Part shown: positions 12,640 to 25,497 of the stretch, one piece after another
How positions within the stretch are numbered: the stretch's first letter is position 1
Layout: each line of letters opens with the position of its first letter
From: Cetorhinus maximus
Lineage: Eukaryota
DNA: 64,000 nucleotides
Reading direction: 5' to 3'
NCBI RefSeq assembly: GCF_964194155.1
Contig: NC_135917.1
Span: 1,116,001 to 1,180,000, forward strand
The notes under the pieces: generated by a model
What the model was told of the DNA's origin: nothing
Databases searched by the model: none
Seen by the model: only the letters and a program-made list of their open reading frames with translations
Translations under genes and position numbers: made by a program

Positions 12640-13755
12640 TGAATCAGAAGGTCGTGAATTTAAGTCCCACTCCAGAGATTTGAGCATATAATCCAAACTG
12701 GCACTCCAGTGCCATAGTGAAGGAATGCCTTACTGTTGGGGGAGCAGTATAAAGGAGTGCCAAACTTCCTGGAGGGTCAGTAGTGAAGGAGCACTGCCGT
12801 GCTGGAGAGTCAGTGCTGAGAGAGTGCTGGACTGTCAGAGGGTCAGTGCTGAGGGAGCGCCACACTGTCAGAGGGTAAGTGCTGAGGGAGCGCCACACTG
12901 TCAGAGGGTAAGTGCTGAGGGAGCACCGCACTGTCAGAGGGTCAGTGCTGAGGGAGTGCTGCACTGTCGGAGCGTCAGTACTGACAGAGCGCCGCACTGT
13001 TGGAGAGTCATTGCTGAGGGAGCACCGCACCGTTGGAGGGTCAGTACTGATGGAATGCTGCACTGTCAGAGGGTAAGTGCTGACGGAGCGTCGTACTGTC
13101 GGAGGGTCAGTGCTGAGGGAGTGCTGCACTGTCGGAGGGTCAGTGCTGAGGGAGTGCTGCACTGTCGGAGGGTCAGCGCTGACGGAGCGTCGTACTGTCG
13201 GAGGGTCAGTGCTGAGGGAGTGCTGCACTGTCGGAGGGTCAGTGCTGAGGGAGCGTCGTACTGTCGGAGGGTCAGTGCTGAGGGAGTGCTGCACTGTCGG
13301 AGGGTAAGTGCTGACAGAGCACCGCACTGTCGGAAGGTCAGTGCTGAGGGAGCGTCACACTGTCAGAGGGACAGTACTGAGGGAGGGCCGCACCATTGGA
13401 AGGGAAGTACTAAGGGAGCGCAGCACTGTTGGAGGTGCTATCTTCCGAATGAGATATGAAACCAAAATCCCGTCTGCCGTCTCAGGAGGATGCAAAAGAC
13501 CCAATGGCCACTATTTTAAAGAAGAGCAGGGGAGTTCTCCCCAGTGTCCTGGACAACATTTATCCCTCAACCAACATAACTCAAAAAAACACAGGCTATC
13601 CAGTCATGATCTCATCGCTGTTTGTGGGAAATTGCTGTGGAAACATTTGGCCACTGCATCTTCAAAATTATGACAATGACTACACTTCAAAAACAAAAGT
13701 CTGCATTGGCTCTAAAGCACTTTGGGACATCCTGAGGTTCTGAAAGGTGCAATTC
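12640..13755 (+). mobile_element. Deu-SINE-like element expanded by an internal minisatellite
   Basis: Head at 12640-12720 and core/tail at 13430-13755 are colinear with the unexpanded copy at 3470-3915. Confidence 0.75.
12770..13437. repeat. 33-bp minisatellite, about 20 copies
   Basis: Unit GAGGGTCAGTGCTGAGGGAGTGCTGCACTGTCG. It explains the 11-aa periodic ORFs on both strands. Confidence 0.95.
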
Positions 13756-14335
13756 TTTATTTTATTTGACAGGCACAAGTTGCATTCTTCACTAGAGAAA
13801 GGGTAGATTCTCTCTTCACCTGACATCCCCCCCACACACGCTATCCAGCAGACACGGCTGAATAGTGATCAGGAACAGGTATGTGGAAGCTGATTGTAGT
13901 ACCCCTTACCATCACCTCAGTAAAGATCAGCTAACTCAGGCCAGGGACTGACAGTCATTTGCTACAGACACAGCAAATATTTGCCTGCTGTTTCGTATTT
14001 AAAGACGGCAGTGCTTTCTCAGTGTCCTCTCAATGAGAGGTCTCTATTGAACTGATTGTAAGATGGCAGCTTAAAGAGCTTCCCTCATGGCAGAGGTCAC
14101 ATGACTACACCAAGCCAGATAGGACATGTAGTACTGTTGCATTTCAAAACTTAAACACCTGCTGAGTGTAATAAATGGGTAGAAGGTTTCTAGTATTCAT
14201 TCCGTAAAGAGAAATAAAAATATATTGAGTTTTGGGAGGTTTACCCTGCACATCCGACATCAGCAAGACGGTCATTACTAGTATTTAACAGCTTTCTTCA
14301 GTACTTCTACCTGTCACTTCTGAAGATGAGCCTTG

Positions 14336-15649
14336 CAGTGGAATCATCCCAGATTTGCACTAACAGCGGTAGCAGGCGGGAAAAAGAATGGTTTATCTGC
14401 TGGCTGCAATTGCAGCTTTTCACGCTGTATTGTCCCAATCCCGTCTCATTAATCATACATTCCCGGGAAACACGCCCTTTCAATGGTGGGCAGGCTCTCA
14501 TTTGCCCGTCATGCTGTCACCTTGCCGCTTCCTCATGCTGAGCGCCATATTTAAAGTGTAGCCGCGTGCACATCTCTCAGTGCTTCCAGCCCAGGACTGC
14601 TGCACAGAAGACATGGCTCCGAAAGGTAAGAAGAATGCAGCCCCCACCCCTCCCCGCCCGATTCAGTAACACGTTCCTGGAGCGCCTTTTGGACACTGTG
14701 GAGGCCCACCATGATGTCCTCTACCACTGCTCTGGCCACAGGAGGGGCAGTAACATTACCACTCCGGCTTGGTAGGCGATGGCAGTGGTGATCAGTGCCA
14801 ATATTGCACAGAAGAGTTTGTCCATCCAATGCAGATAGAAGATGAATGATCTCATCTGTGCTGCCAGGGTATGGCAACCATCTCATCACTCTAAACTCAC
14901 ACACACACAAGCCCATCACACATTCACTGGCATCTCACTCACTGCCAGCTCAAGGGACATCACCACTCACTCTCTCACACACACCCTCACGTCTCCATCT
15001 GGCCTCATCTCCTCTGGAGACTGCTTCCTCAGCCCTCACCATCTTGAGGCCATTTGCACAGATCAACATATGCCCCCACACACACCCTGGGATACTCTCC
15101 TTCCCCAGTACAGCTCTTGTCCTGCAGCCTCTTCCCTTGCCTGAGGCCACTTCTCCCCCTTCCCCAAGCAAACCCTAACCCTGCAGCCATTGAGGACCCT
15201 GCACCCACCCTTACGATTAGTCTGGTAGGTAGAGACCTGCCCGTGAGCCCCTCCAAAAGTGATGTGGTGGTGTCTGTGAAGCCTGGCGCTGATGACTGCG
15301 AGTGCTGCCCAAAGCAAAGTAGGTAAACAAACCTCAAAGTCCCGACCGAAGTGCAGCTCGCCAGATGCACGTCGCTTATGTACAGTTGTGAAACACGTCG
15401 GCGTGATACTTGGATGATCCAATGAGGGGGGAATGATTCCTGCAAGCTGGGCTTATAATGATATGCAGATGTATTACAATGAAGGTCCTGATGCCCGAGG
15501 GTGGGAAACGTGGCCCGTCACTGACAGGCAGAGCGGACGATTGCAAACTGGTTTCACAACATTGTGAAACCGATTTTTGGCCTTCTCGCCATATTGTCCG
15601 CTTACGCCGCCGAACACACCCGACGCCAACGTGCCGGAAAATTCCGCCC
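14336..15649 (+). mobile_element. Non-autonomous PIF/Harbinger-type DNA transposon carrying a decayed Myb/SANT-like exon
   Basis: Termini CAGTGGAATCATCC and GGAAAATTCCGCCC, flanked by TTG...TTG. Internal MAPKGKKNAA-/-RFSNTFLERLLDTVEAHHDVLY...QCR*KMNDL is a Myb-like coding relic with a frameshift and stops. Confidence 0.8.
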
Positions 15650-15721
15650 TTGGATTTTTGCTGTTTTCTATTTTATTGCGATATCTTTTGTTTTGAAGTG
15701 ATCGGTGTTTCTGTTAAAACA

Positions 15722-16090
15722 TGGGGACAGTAGCATAGTGGTTATTTTACAGGACTAGTAATTCAGAGACCTGGACAACTGCTCTGGAGACAAAGGGTTC
15801 AATTCCCACTATGTCAGCTGGGGGATTTTAAATTCAATTAAATAAACTGAAATAAAAAGCTAGGCTCTGTAACAGTGACTATGAAACTACCAGATTGCCG
15901 TAAAACCCAATCTGGGGGGCGAAATCCTTTGTCCTCACTTGTTGCTGTGGAGTCACATGTAGTGCATGGTTGACTTTTAGCTTCTCTTTGAAGTGACCTA
16001 GCAAGCCTCATACTTCAAGGGTAATTAGGGATGGACAATAAACGTTGGCCTTGCCTGTGACACCCACATCCCAAGAACAAATTACTAAAA
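15722..16090 (+). mobile_element. V-SINE (HE1-like)
   Basis: tRNA-like head, partial V-core and CR1-type tail. Further copies on - at 48695-49030 and 49890-50290. Confidence 0.7.
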
Positions 16091-16731
16091 AAAATCAAAC
16101 AAAGCAAAAGTTTCACATGAAAACATTAAGGAACTCAGTTATTTCAAGATTATAATCTCAGTTATTCATTTCTATGAAAGTTATTGGACAAGGGAGGTTG
16201 ATTTATGCATCACTCATCAGTTTGCATAATTCAAGAATCCTGAACACTTTAAGTGGAACAAGGTGCCTCATTTATTAGATTCGATCCTGAGGAATAGCCA
16301 TCTCCCTGCGCTGGACAGTTTCATTCTGAAAAAATTCTCTAACATTACAGTCATTTTAAAAAATCCATTATTAGGAGTAGTTTTATTCTAGAAGCATTAA
16401 TCCTGTAGAACAGATTCGAAATGGTAATAACAACTTGAGTATTGCTGAAAAAAGAGACATGTCGACACATCTTTTTTCTCAGCGCTACTCAAGTTCTGTA
16501 CTACCAAATGACTACTAATAACAACTTGCATTTATATAGCACCTTTAAAGTAGTAAAACATCCCATGGCACTTCACAGGAGCATTATAAAACAAAATATG
16601 ATACAGAGCCACAGAAGGACTTGACCAAAAGCTTGGTCAAGGAGTGTCTTAAAGGGTGAATAAGAGGTAGAGAGGCAGAGGGACTACATAGATAGGGAAA
16701 CACAAGGTCATGGAGGCATTTGAAAATCGAG

Positions 16732-19700
16732 GGTGTCAGTATTCACAGGGGTTCCCCAGGAGTGAGTTAGTATTTAAAGGAGATCTCCAGGAGTCTGTCG
16801 GTATTTACAGAGGCGTCCTGGGGAGTCTGTCAGTATTTACACGGGGATAGGAGTTTGTCAGAATTTACAGGGGATCACCAGAAGTGTGTCAGTATTTACA
16901 GAGGGTCACCAGGAAATGTGTCAGTATTTTAAGTGTCTCGTCAGGGATGTGTCGGCATTTAGAGATGATCGCCAGGAATGTGTCAGTATTTACAGAGGGT
17001 CACCAGGAATGTGTCAGTATTTACAGAGGGTCGCCAGGAATGTGACAGTATTTACAGAGGGTCACCAGGAATATGTCAGTATTTACAGAGGGGCACCAGG
17101 AATGTGTCAGTATTTAGAGAGGGTCGCCAGGAATGTGTCAGTATTTACTGAAAGTCGCCAGGAATGTGTCAGTATTTACTGAAAGTCATTAGGAATGTGT
17201 CAGTATTTATTGAAAGTCGCCAGGAATGTGTCAGTATTGAGAGAGGGTCGCCAGGAATGTGTCAGTATTTACGGAGAATTGCCAGGAATGTGTCAGTATT
17301 TAGGGAGGGTCGCCAGGAATGTGTCAGTATTTATGGAGAGTTGCCAGGAATGTGTCAGTATTTACAGAGGGTCGCCAGGAATGTGTCAGTGTTTAGAGGA
17401 GATCACCAGGAATGTGTCAGTATTTACAGAGGGTCACCAGGAATGTGTCAGTATTTACAGAGGGTCACCAGAAATATGTCAGTATTTACAGAGGGTCGTC
17501 AAGAATGTGTCAGTATTTACAGAGGGTCACCAGGAATGTGTCAGTATTTAGAGCGGGTCGCCAGGAATGTGTCAGTATTTACAGAGGGTCACCAGGAATG
17601 TGTCAGTATTTACAGAGGGTCACCAGGAATGTGTCAGTATTTACAGAGGGTCACCAGGAATGTGTCAGTATTTACAGAGGGGCACCAGGAATGTGTCAGT
17701 ATTTACAGAGGGTCACCAGGAATGTGTCAGTATTTACAGAGGGGCACCAGGAATGTGTCAGTATTTACAGAGGGTCACCAGGAATGTGTCAGTATTTACA
17801 GGGGCCCGACCACATGGAGGAAGTTTGAAAACCATGCAGTAGACCAGGATGAAGCTTCTCTGTCCCTGGAGAGAAGCACTGAGGATGGTGAATATTTCTG
17901 AATTTATATATTGTCGGCAGGGGCTGGCAGGTACAGGGTGACATAGAGACTGGTGTTAACCAGTTTCCCAGTCAGGGCTGCAACAGAAAATGGAGGGGAA
18001 AACATTTTGGTGTATAGCTGGATAATCTCACTCCAAACAAAGATTCAAAATTCTAAAGCCTTTTTATTCATATTATTAATGCAATTATGCACGTACCGAA
18101 AAAAGCATCATTTCAAAATAATGTACATAGTTACACTGAAAGTCAAATAAACGTACAATACACACAGTGTGATACTAGTGTCTTAGCAACGAAATGAGGA
18201 GAGATCCCCAAAATTCTCTTTGTAAAAATAAATTAAGGCTTTAATTTTAAAAAAGAACGATGCACAAATTGGGCAGTGATCAGGACACCAATATTAACAT
18301 TAGATGGGCACTGATGGCAGTTTTTGGTCAGGGTGGAGGAGGGAGTTGTTTGTTGGTATACGGAGTGTTGCCAGGAGTGTGTCAGTATTTACAGAGGGTC
18401 GCCAGCAATGTGTCAGTATTTAGAGAGCGTCAGCAGGAATGTGTCAGTATTTAGGGAGAATTGCCAGGAATGTGTCAGTATTTAAAGAGGGTTGCCAGGA
18501 ATGTGTCAGTATTTACAGAGGGTCGCCAGGAATGTGTCAGTATTTACAGAGGGTCGCCAGGAATGTGTCAGTATTTACAGAGGGTCACCAGGAATGTGTC
18601 AGTATTTACAGAGGGTCGCCAGGAATGTGTCAGTATTTGCAGAGGGTCACCAGGAATATGTCAGTATTTACAGAGAGTTGCCAGGAATGTGTCAGTATTT
18701 ACAGAGAGTTGCCAGGAATGTGTCACTATTTACAGAGAGTCATTAGGAATGTGTCAGTATTTACAGAGGGTCGCCAGGAATGTGTCATTATTTAGAGAGG
18801 GTCACCAGGAATGTGTCATTATTTACAGAGGGTCGCCAGGAATGTGTCAGTATTTACAGAGGCACTTCAGGAATATGTCAGTATTTACAGAGGGTCACCA
18901 GGAATGCGTCAGTATTTATGGAGAGTCGCTAGGAATGTGTCAGTATTTACAGAGGGTCTCCAGGAATGTGTCAGTATTTAGAGAGGGTCACCAGGAATGT
19001 GTCAATATTTAGAGAGGGTCAGCAGGAATGTGTCAGTATTTGTCGGTATATACTGAGAGTCGCCAGGAATGTGTCAGTATTTACAGAGAGTCGCCAGGAA
19101 TGTGTCAGTATTTACAGAGGGTCACCAGGAATGTGTCAGTATTTACAGAGGGTCGCCAGGAATGTGTCAGTATTTACAGAGGGTCGCCAGGAATGTGTCA
19201 GTATTTATAGAGGGTCGCCAGGAATGTGTCAGTATTTACAGAGGGTCACCAGGAATGTGTCAGTATTTATATAAGGTCACCAGGAATGTGTCAATATTTA
19301 CAGAGGGTCACCAGGTATGTGTCAGTATTTACAGAGGGTCACCAGGTATGTGTCAGTATTTGGAGAGGGTTGCCAGGAATATGTCAGTATTTACGGAGAA
19401 TTGCCAGGAATGTGTCCGTATTTACAGAGGGTCACCAGGAATGTGTCAGTATTTATATAAGGTCACCAGGAATGTGTCAGTATTTACAGAGGGTCACCAG
19501 GAATGTGTCAGTATTTAGAGAGGGTCGCCAGGAATGTGTCAGTATTTAGAGAGGGTCGCCAGGAATGTGTCAGTATTTACAGAGGGTCGCCAGGAATGTG
19601 TCAGTATTTACAGAGGGTCACCAGGAATGTGTCAGTATTTACAGAGGGTCACCAGGAATGTGTCAGTATTTACAGGGGCCCGACCACATGGAGGAAGTTT

Positions 19701-22494
19701 GAAAACCATGCAGTAGACCAGGATGAAGCTTCTCTGTCCCTGGAGAGAAACACTGAGGATGGTGAATGTTTCTGAATTTATATATTGTCGGCAGGGGCTG
19801 GCAGATTCAGGGTGACGTAGAGACTGGTGTTAACCAGTTTCCCAGTCAGGGCTGCAACAGAAAATGGAGAGGAAAACATTTTGGTGTATAGCTGGATAAT
19901 CTCACTCAAACAAAGATTCAAAATTCTAAAGCCTTTTTATTCATATTATTAATGCAATTATGCATGTGCCAAAAAAAGCATCATTTCAAAATAATGTACA
20001 TAGATACAATGAAAGTCAAATAAATGTACAATACACACAGTGTGATACTAGTGTCTTAGCAACAAAATGAGGAGAAATCCCCAAAATTCCCTTTCAAAAA
20101 ATAAATTAAGGCTTTAAATTTAAAAAAGAACGATGCACAAATTGGGCAGCGATCAGGACACCAATACTAACATTAAATGGGCACTGATGGCACTTTTTGG
20201 TCAGAGTGGAGGGGGGAGTGGTTTGTTGGGATGCGGAGAGTTGCCAGGAGTGTGTCAGTATTTATAGAGGGTCGCCAGCAATGTGTCAGTATTTAGAGAG
20301 GGTCGCCAGGAATATGTCAGTATTTAGAGAGGGTCGCCAGGAATGTGTCAGTATTTACAGAGAGTTACCAGGAATGTGTCAGTATTTACAGAAGGTCGCC
20401 AGGAATGTGTCAGTATTTACGGAGAGTTGCCGGGAATGTGTCAGTATTTAGAGAGGGTCGCCAGGAATATGTCAGTATTTAGAGAGGGTCACCAGGAATG
20501 TGTCAGTATTTAGAGAGGGTCGCCAGGAATGTGTCAGTATTTACTGAAAGTCGCCAGGAATGTGTCACTATTTATGGAGGGTCACCAGGAATGTGTCAGT
20601 ATTTACAGAGGCTCACCAGGAACGTGTCAGTAGTTAGAGAGGGTCACCAGGAATGTGTCAGTTTTTAGAGAGGGTCACCAGGAATGTGTCAGTATTTACA
20701 GAGGCTCACCAGGAACGTGTCAGTAGTTAGAGAGGGTCACCAGGAATGTGTCAGTTTTTAGAGAGGGTCACCAGGAATGTGTCAGTATTTAGGGAGAGTT
20801 GCCAGGAATGTGTCAGTATTTACAGAGTCTTCAGGAATGTGTCATTACTTAGAGAAGGTCACCAGGAATGTGTCAGTATTTAGGGAGAGTTGCCAGGAAT
20901 GTGTCAGTATTTACAGAGTCTTCAGGAACGTGTCAGTATTTACAGAGGGTCACCAGGAATGTGAGAGTATTTAGAGGCTCACCAGGAATGTGTCAGTATG
21001 TACTGAGAGTTGCCAGGAATGTGTCAGTATTTACATAGGGTCACCAGGAATGTGTCAGTATTTACAGAAGGTCACCAGGAACGTGTCAGTATTTAGAGAG
21101 GGTCGCCAGGAATGTGTCAGTATTTACAGAGTCTTCAGGAATGTGTCAGTATTTAGAGAAGGTCACCAGGAATGTGTCAGTATTTAGAGAAGGTCACCAG
21201 GAATGTGTCAGTATTTAGAGCGGGTCGCCAGGAATGTGTCAGTATTTAGAGCGGGTCGCCAGGAATGTGTCAGTATTTACAGAGGGTCACCAGGAATGTG
21301 TCAGTATTTAGAGAAGGTCACCAGGAATGTGTCAGTATTTACAGAGGGTCACCAGGAATGTGTCAGTATTTACAGAGGGTCGCCAGGAATGTGTCAGTAT
21401 TTAGAGCGGGTCGCCAGGAATGTGTCAGTATTTACAGAGGGTTGCCAGGAATGTGTCATTATTTAGAGAGGGTCACCAGGAATGTGTCAGTATTTACAGA
21501 GGGTCACCAGGAATGTGTCAGTATTTACAGAGGGTCACCAGGAATGTGTCAGTATTTACAGAGGGTCGCCAGGAATGTGTCAATATTTACAGAGGGTCAC
21601 CAGGAATGTGTCAGTATTTACAGAGGGTCACCAGGAATGTGTCAGTATTTACAGAGGGTCGCCAGGAATGTGTCAGTATTTACAGAGGGTCGCCAGGAAT
21701 GTGTCAGTATTTACAGAGGGTCACCACGAATGTGTCAGTATTTACAGAGGGTCGCCAGGAATGTGTCAGTATTTACAGAGGGTCGCCAGGAATGTGTCAG
21801 TATTTACAGAGGGTCGCCAGGAATGTGTCAGTATTTAGAGAGGGTCACCACGAATGTGTCAGTATCTACGGAGGGTTGCTAGGAATGTGTCAATATTTAC
21901 AGAGGGTCACCAGGAATGTGTCAGTATTTACAGGGGCCCGACCACATGGAGGAAGTTTGAAAACCATGCAGGAGACCAGGATGAAGCTTCTCTGTCCCTG
22001 GAGAGAAGCACTGAGGATGGTGAATGTTTCTGAATTTATATATTGTCGGCAGGGGCTGGCAGGTTCAGGGTGATGTCGAGACTGGTGTTAACCAGTTTCC
22101 CAGTCAGGGCTGCAACAGAAAATGGAGGGGAAAACATTTTGGTGTATAGCTGGATAATCTCACTCCAAACAAAGATTCAAAATTCTAAAGCCTTTTTATT
22201 CATATTATTAATGCAATTATGCATGTACCAAAAAAAGCATCATTTCAAAATAATTTGCATAGTTACACTGAAAGTCAAATTAACGTACAATACACACAGT
22301 GTGATACTAGTGTCTTAGCAACAAAATGAGGAGAAATCTCCAAAATTCTCTTCCAAAAAATAAATTAAGGCTTTAAATTTAAAAAAGAACGATGCACAAA
22401 TTGGGCAGTGATCAGGACACCAATACTAACATTAAATGGGCACTGATGGCACTTTTTGGTCAGGGTGGAGGGGGGAGTTGTTTGTTGGGATACG
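16732..22494. repeat. Higher-order tandem repeat: three 31-bp minisatellite arrays, each followed by a ~562-bp spacer
   Basis: Unit TCAGTATTTACAGAGGGTCACCAGGAATGTG. Arrays at ~16732-17800, 18363-19674 and 20236-21932. Near-identical spacers at 17801-18362, 19675-20235 and 21933-22494. Confidence 0.97.
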
Positions 22495-22899
22495 TTCCAG
22501 CCACTGGTAACTAATCACTTCTGGAACTTAGAAGAAACTATTTGTACCCATCAGATCCAGTGGTGTTATTCACCTTCCTGTTTTCAAATAAGTTTCTGGC
22601 AAAGCACTTTACCAGGCACTGCCCTCACAAGGTCACCACCTCAGCCATTAGTGAATGCCTGAATCCAGATTCTTCTATTTACCAGGAACGTTGGGGTTGG
22701 GGGGAGGGGGTGTATTAAAAATATGCTTTCATTTTCTTAATTAACTCATTTGCAACAAATTTATAATATACAGCCACTCTGAAGGTGAGGACCATACCAC
22801 CTAGTCAGAGAGGCTGATTAAAAATCAGTGTATCCTCTTGCCCTTGCTCATGCATCTATGCCCTCAGCACTGTAACCCAATAATAGAACTAGACTCAAG

Positions 22900-23420
22900 A
22901 GGCTGCATTTTACATGCCCCCGCTGGGCGTGTTTCTGGTGAGGGGCCACGTAAAATAGGGTGGGTGCCTACCCCACCACCTTCCCACCCCGAGCTCACCC
23001 TCATAATAGGGTGGAAAGGAAGTGGGGGGGGGGTTCCATCTTCAGCAGGTGTCCTTTGCGCATTAGAGGGGCAGCCCCCTAAGATCGAACCCTCCCTTTC
23101 TTCCTATCCTATTCCCCTGCCCCCAACCCAGCCTTAAACCCAACCCCCCCTCCACCCGCCTTCCTGACCCAGACCTACCAGCTTCGGGGAACCCAGGGCC
23201 TCCTTCATATTTTTCTTGCAGCCCTGGCAGCAACCCACGGAGCTGCCGGCCAACGAGGGCAGGACTTCCTCCCCAGCGAGGGGCAGAAGTCCCACTTGGC
23301 CCTTGTTAAGACGCCCGCAGCACGTTATGGCTGCGGGGTGGGCTGACGCGGAGCAGGTTGGCTCCATGCTGACTTTACTTCCAGGGTGTGAGCCGGCTGC
23401 TCCCACGCATTATTCAACCC
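22900..23420. mobile_element. Harbinger-type MITE
   Basis: Imperfect TIRs AGGCTGCATT / TATTCAACCC with an AAG duplication on both sides; GC-rich body. Confidence 0.55.
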
Positions 23421-23872
23421 AAGGTAAATTAGAATCTTTACCATCTGGCCTGCCTTTCATATTTCGGGTAATAAATATTATCCCTGTATCTTTGCTGTTT
23501 GTGAGATCTTTCACTATGCAAAAAAGCTTCCTGGTTTCCAGACAAAATGGTCACTGCATTTCTAGGTAGTTGATTGTGAATTGTCTTGAGGTCTTTCTGA
23601 GACATAGTAAGGTGCTTATGTAAATGTGACACTCGCTCTTTTCTCCAATTACCATGAGCATTTAGGCCACAGAAAAGCCTAGCTGTTGGGCCATGCCAGT
23701 CGTATTCATGGGTTCAGCATCAAGACAAGCAGCACTTGAAGGACACTGGTCTGTCAGTGGCCCTCTCAAAATTCCCCATCAAAAGTTCTGGATAAAAGAT
23801 ATAGACTGATTTTTCTGAAATTTAACTACTAAAGAGTCCTGTGAGGCTTCAGAGGTTTGGAGTCGGAGGCTG

Positions 23873-24402
23873 TGGCCAGGATTTTACAGTTGGCGTGCGG
23901 GGACGGGCCTGACACACCAGCACGTAAAATGACGCACGATGACGTTGGGCGTGCGTCCCGACGTCATCGCGCTGTTTCAGGATGTTTCATTCAGTGGGCG
24001 TGCGCCAGAGTTGGCTGCGCACCCCGCCGATAATTGATAGGCCTATTAAGGCCATTAAACAGGTAATTAACATGAATTTTACGCTGTCCGTCCAACCATT
24101 ATGGGACATGTTTCATTCAATTTTTATTCCATTTGTTTATTTTTTTTAAAAAAGCATTTCAATCTCCCTGAGGCAGCTCTGTGCCTCAGGGAGATTGAAG
24201 CACCCATGCCCAAAAAAGCGCTGGACCCAACTCTCCCTCCTCCCCCCATGGTAGCGCTGCGCTACCCTCGCCTATTATGCTGGGCAGGCCTTAATTGGCC
24301 CGCCTGCGTAAAATGGCGGTGTGGAGTCAATTGCGAGCGGCGGTCAGCTCCGCCACTGCCCACTCCCGACAAGCCCGCCCGACACGAGAAAAATCCAGGC
24401 CC
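23873..24402. mobile_element. Harbinger-type MITE just downstream of the CYP27B1 stop codon
   Basis: TIRs TGGCCAGGATTTT / AAAATCCAGGCCC with flanks CTG and TTG; CpG-rich body. A related truncated end lies at 37003-37166. Confidence 0.65.
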
Positions 24403-24447
24403 TTGATTCTTTTAGTATAGTGCTAAAAATGTTCACAGTGATCACAG

Positions 24448-24561
24448 TCATCTGTCAATAAATTGTAGATTGATCTCCTGCTCCGGCACCAGCAGGGTTC
24501 TAGTCATTGGCTTTACGATGCTGCCCTTAAACTCTGGTCTCACCTCAAAGTGGATTACAAT
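24448..24561 (-). CDS. CYP27B1: CYP27B1 exon 9 (last coding exon)
   Basis: ttttcAG acceptor. [37 protein letters not shown], close to the human C-terminus INLQFLDR. Confidence 0.95.
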   Translation of the reverse strand: MVIHFEVRPEFKGSIVKPMTRTLLVPEQEINLQFIDR

Positions 24562-25299
24562 CTGAAAAAAAAGACAGGTAAAATACACCACCACAGTTTC
24601 TTCACTACAGAAAGATTTCACACTGAATGTATACACACACTCCACCAAAGGACATCACATTCATCAGAATTATACCAAGGCTTAAAGAGTTAAATTGTGA
24701 GGATCAGGTGTTTTCCTTCAGTTTAGAAGGCTGCTGGGTGATCTGATCAAACATTTAAAATATTACAACAAGTTGATAGGGTAGATAGGAAGAAATATTT
24801 CCTCTGGCGGGTGGACTCCAAAACAAGGTGGCATAATCTTAAAATTAGAGCCAGGCTGTTGAGGGGGGAAATCAGGAAGCACTTCTTCACACAAAGGGTC
24901 GTGAAAACCTGGAATTCTCTCCTGCAAAAAAGTTGTGAATGCTGGCGGATAATTGGAGTTGTCAAGACTGAGATTGGTAGATTCTTTGTTGGGTAAGGGT
25001 ATCAAGGGATATGGAGCAAAGGAGGGTAAATCAAGTTGAGTTAGGTCCAAATCAGCCATGATCTGACTGAATGGTGGTTCAGGCTCAAGGGGTTGAATGG
25101 CCGAATCCTATTTCTAATTATTGATAAAATCACCATCTAGAAATGGTTAAATAGCCAGCAGCCAATGTATATCTTGCACGTGCACTACTGAGTCAGCTAG
25201 TGCTTTAACTATTCCATTCGCATCTATTAAGTTTCATGGCCATGAAACAATAAACCCATTTTCTATTCTGCCCAATAGATCCTAAATTCCTCAACTTAC

Positions 25300-25497
25300 T
25301 CTAGCCAGTGCCAGGTAGATCTCTAACTCCGCAATTCTTCTTCCAATGCAGCTCCGCTTCCCAAATCCAAATGGGATGGATGCGTAGGGATGAAAACTCT
25401 GATCCTTATGAAGCCATCGCTTGGGCCGAAAGCAGTCAGGATTGGGGAAGATTTCCTGATCTCGTGAGGTTGCATAGTGACACAGAGTAATCAGGGT
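25300..25497 (-). CDS. CYP27B1: CYP27B1 exon 8 (heme-binding motif)
   Basis: 198 nt, [20 protein letters not shown]...[25 protein letters not shown] contains FxxGxRxCxG. Confidence 0.97.

Noticed and set aside
12644-13459. 227-aa and 244-aa repetitive ORFs resembling mucin or zinc-finger proteins
   Set aside because: They are a by-product of a 33-bp repeat inside a SINE, with no supporting splice or promoter context.
16886-22073. Many overlapping Cys-rich ORFs (MCQYLQRV.../ECVSIYRGSPG)
   Set aside because: These are translations of the 31-bp minisatellite. The same peptide cycles through all three frames, and unit variants introduce stops freely.
16732-22494. CRISPR-like array (31-bp repeats with spacers)
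   Set aside because: The units are head-to-tail with no unique intervening spacers. The three long spacers are copies of each other. There are no cas genes and the context is a vertebrate intron/exon locus.
25420-25434. Non-canonical PERF motif (FRPKRW) suggesting an inactive P450
   Set aside because: The second position is variable in this family (human CYP27B1 has PARW), and the structural Arg is retained.
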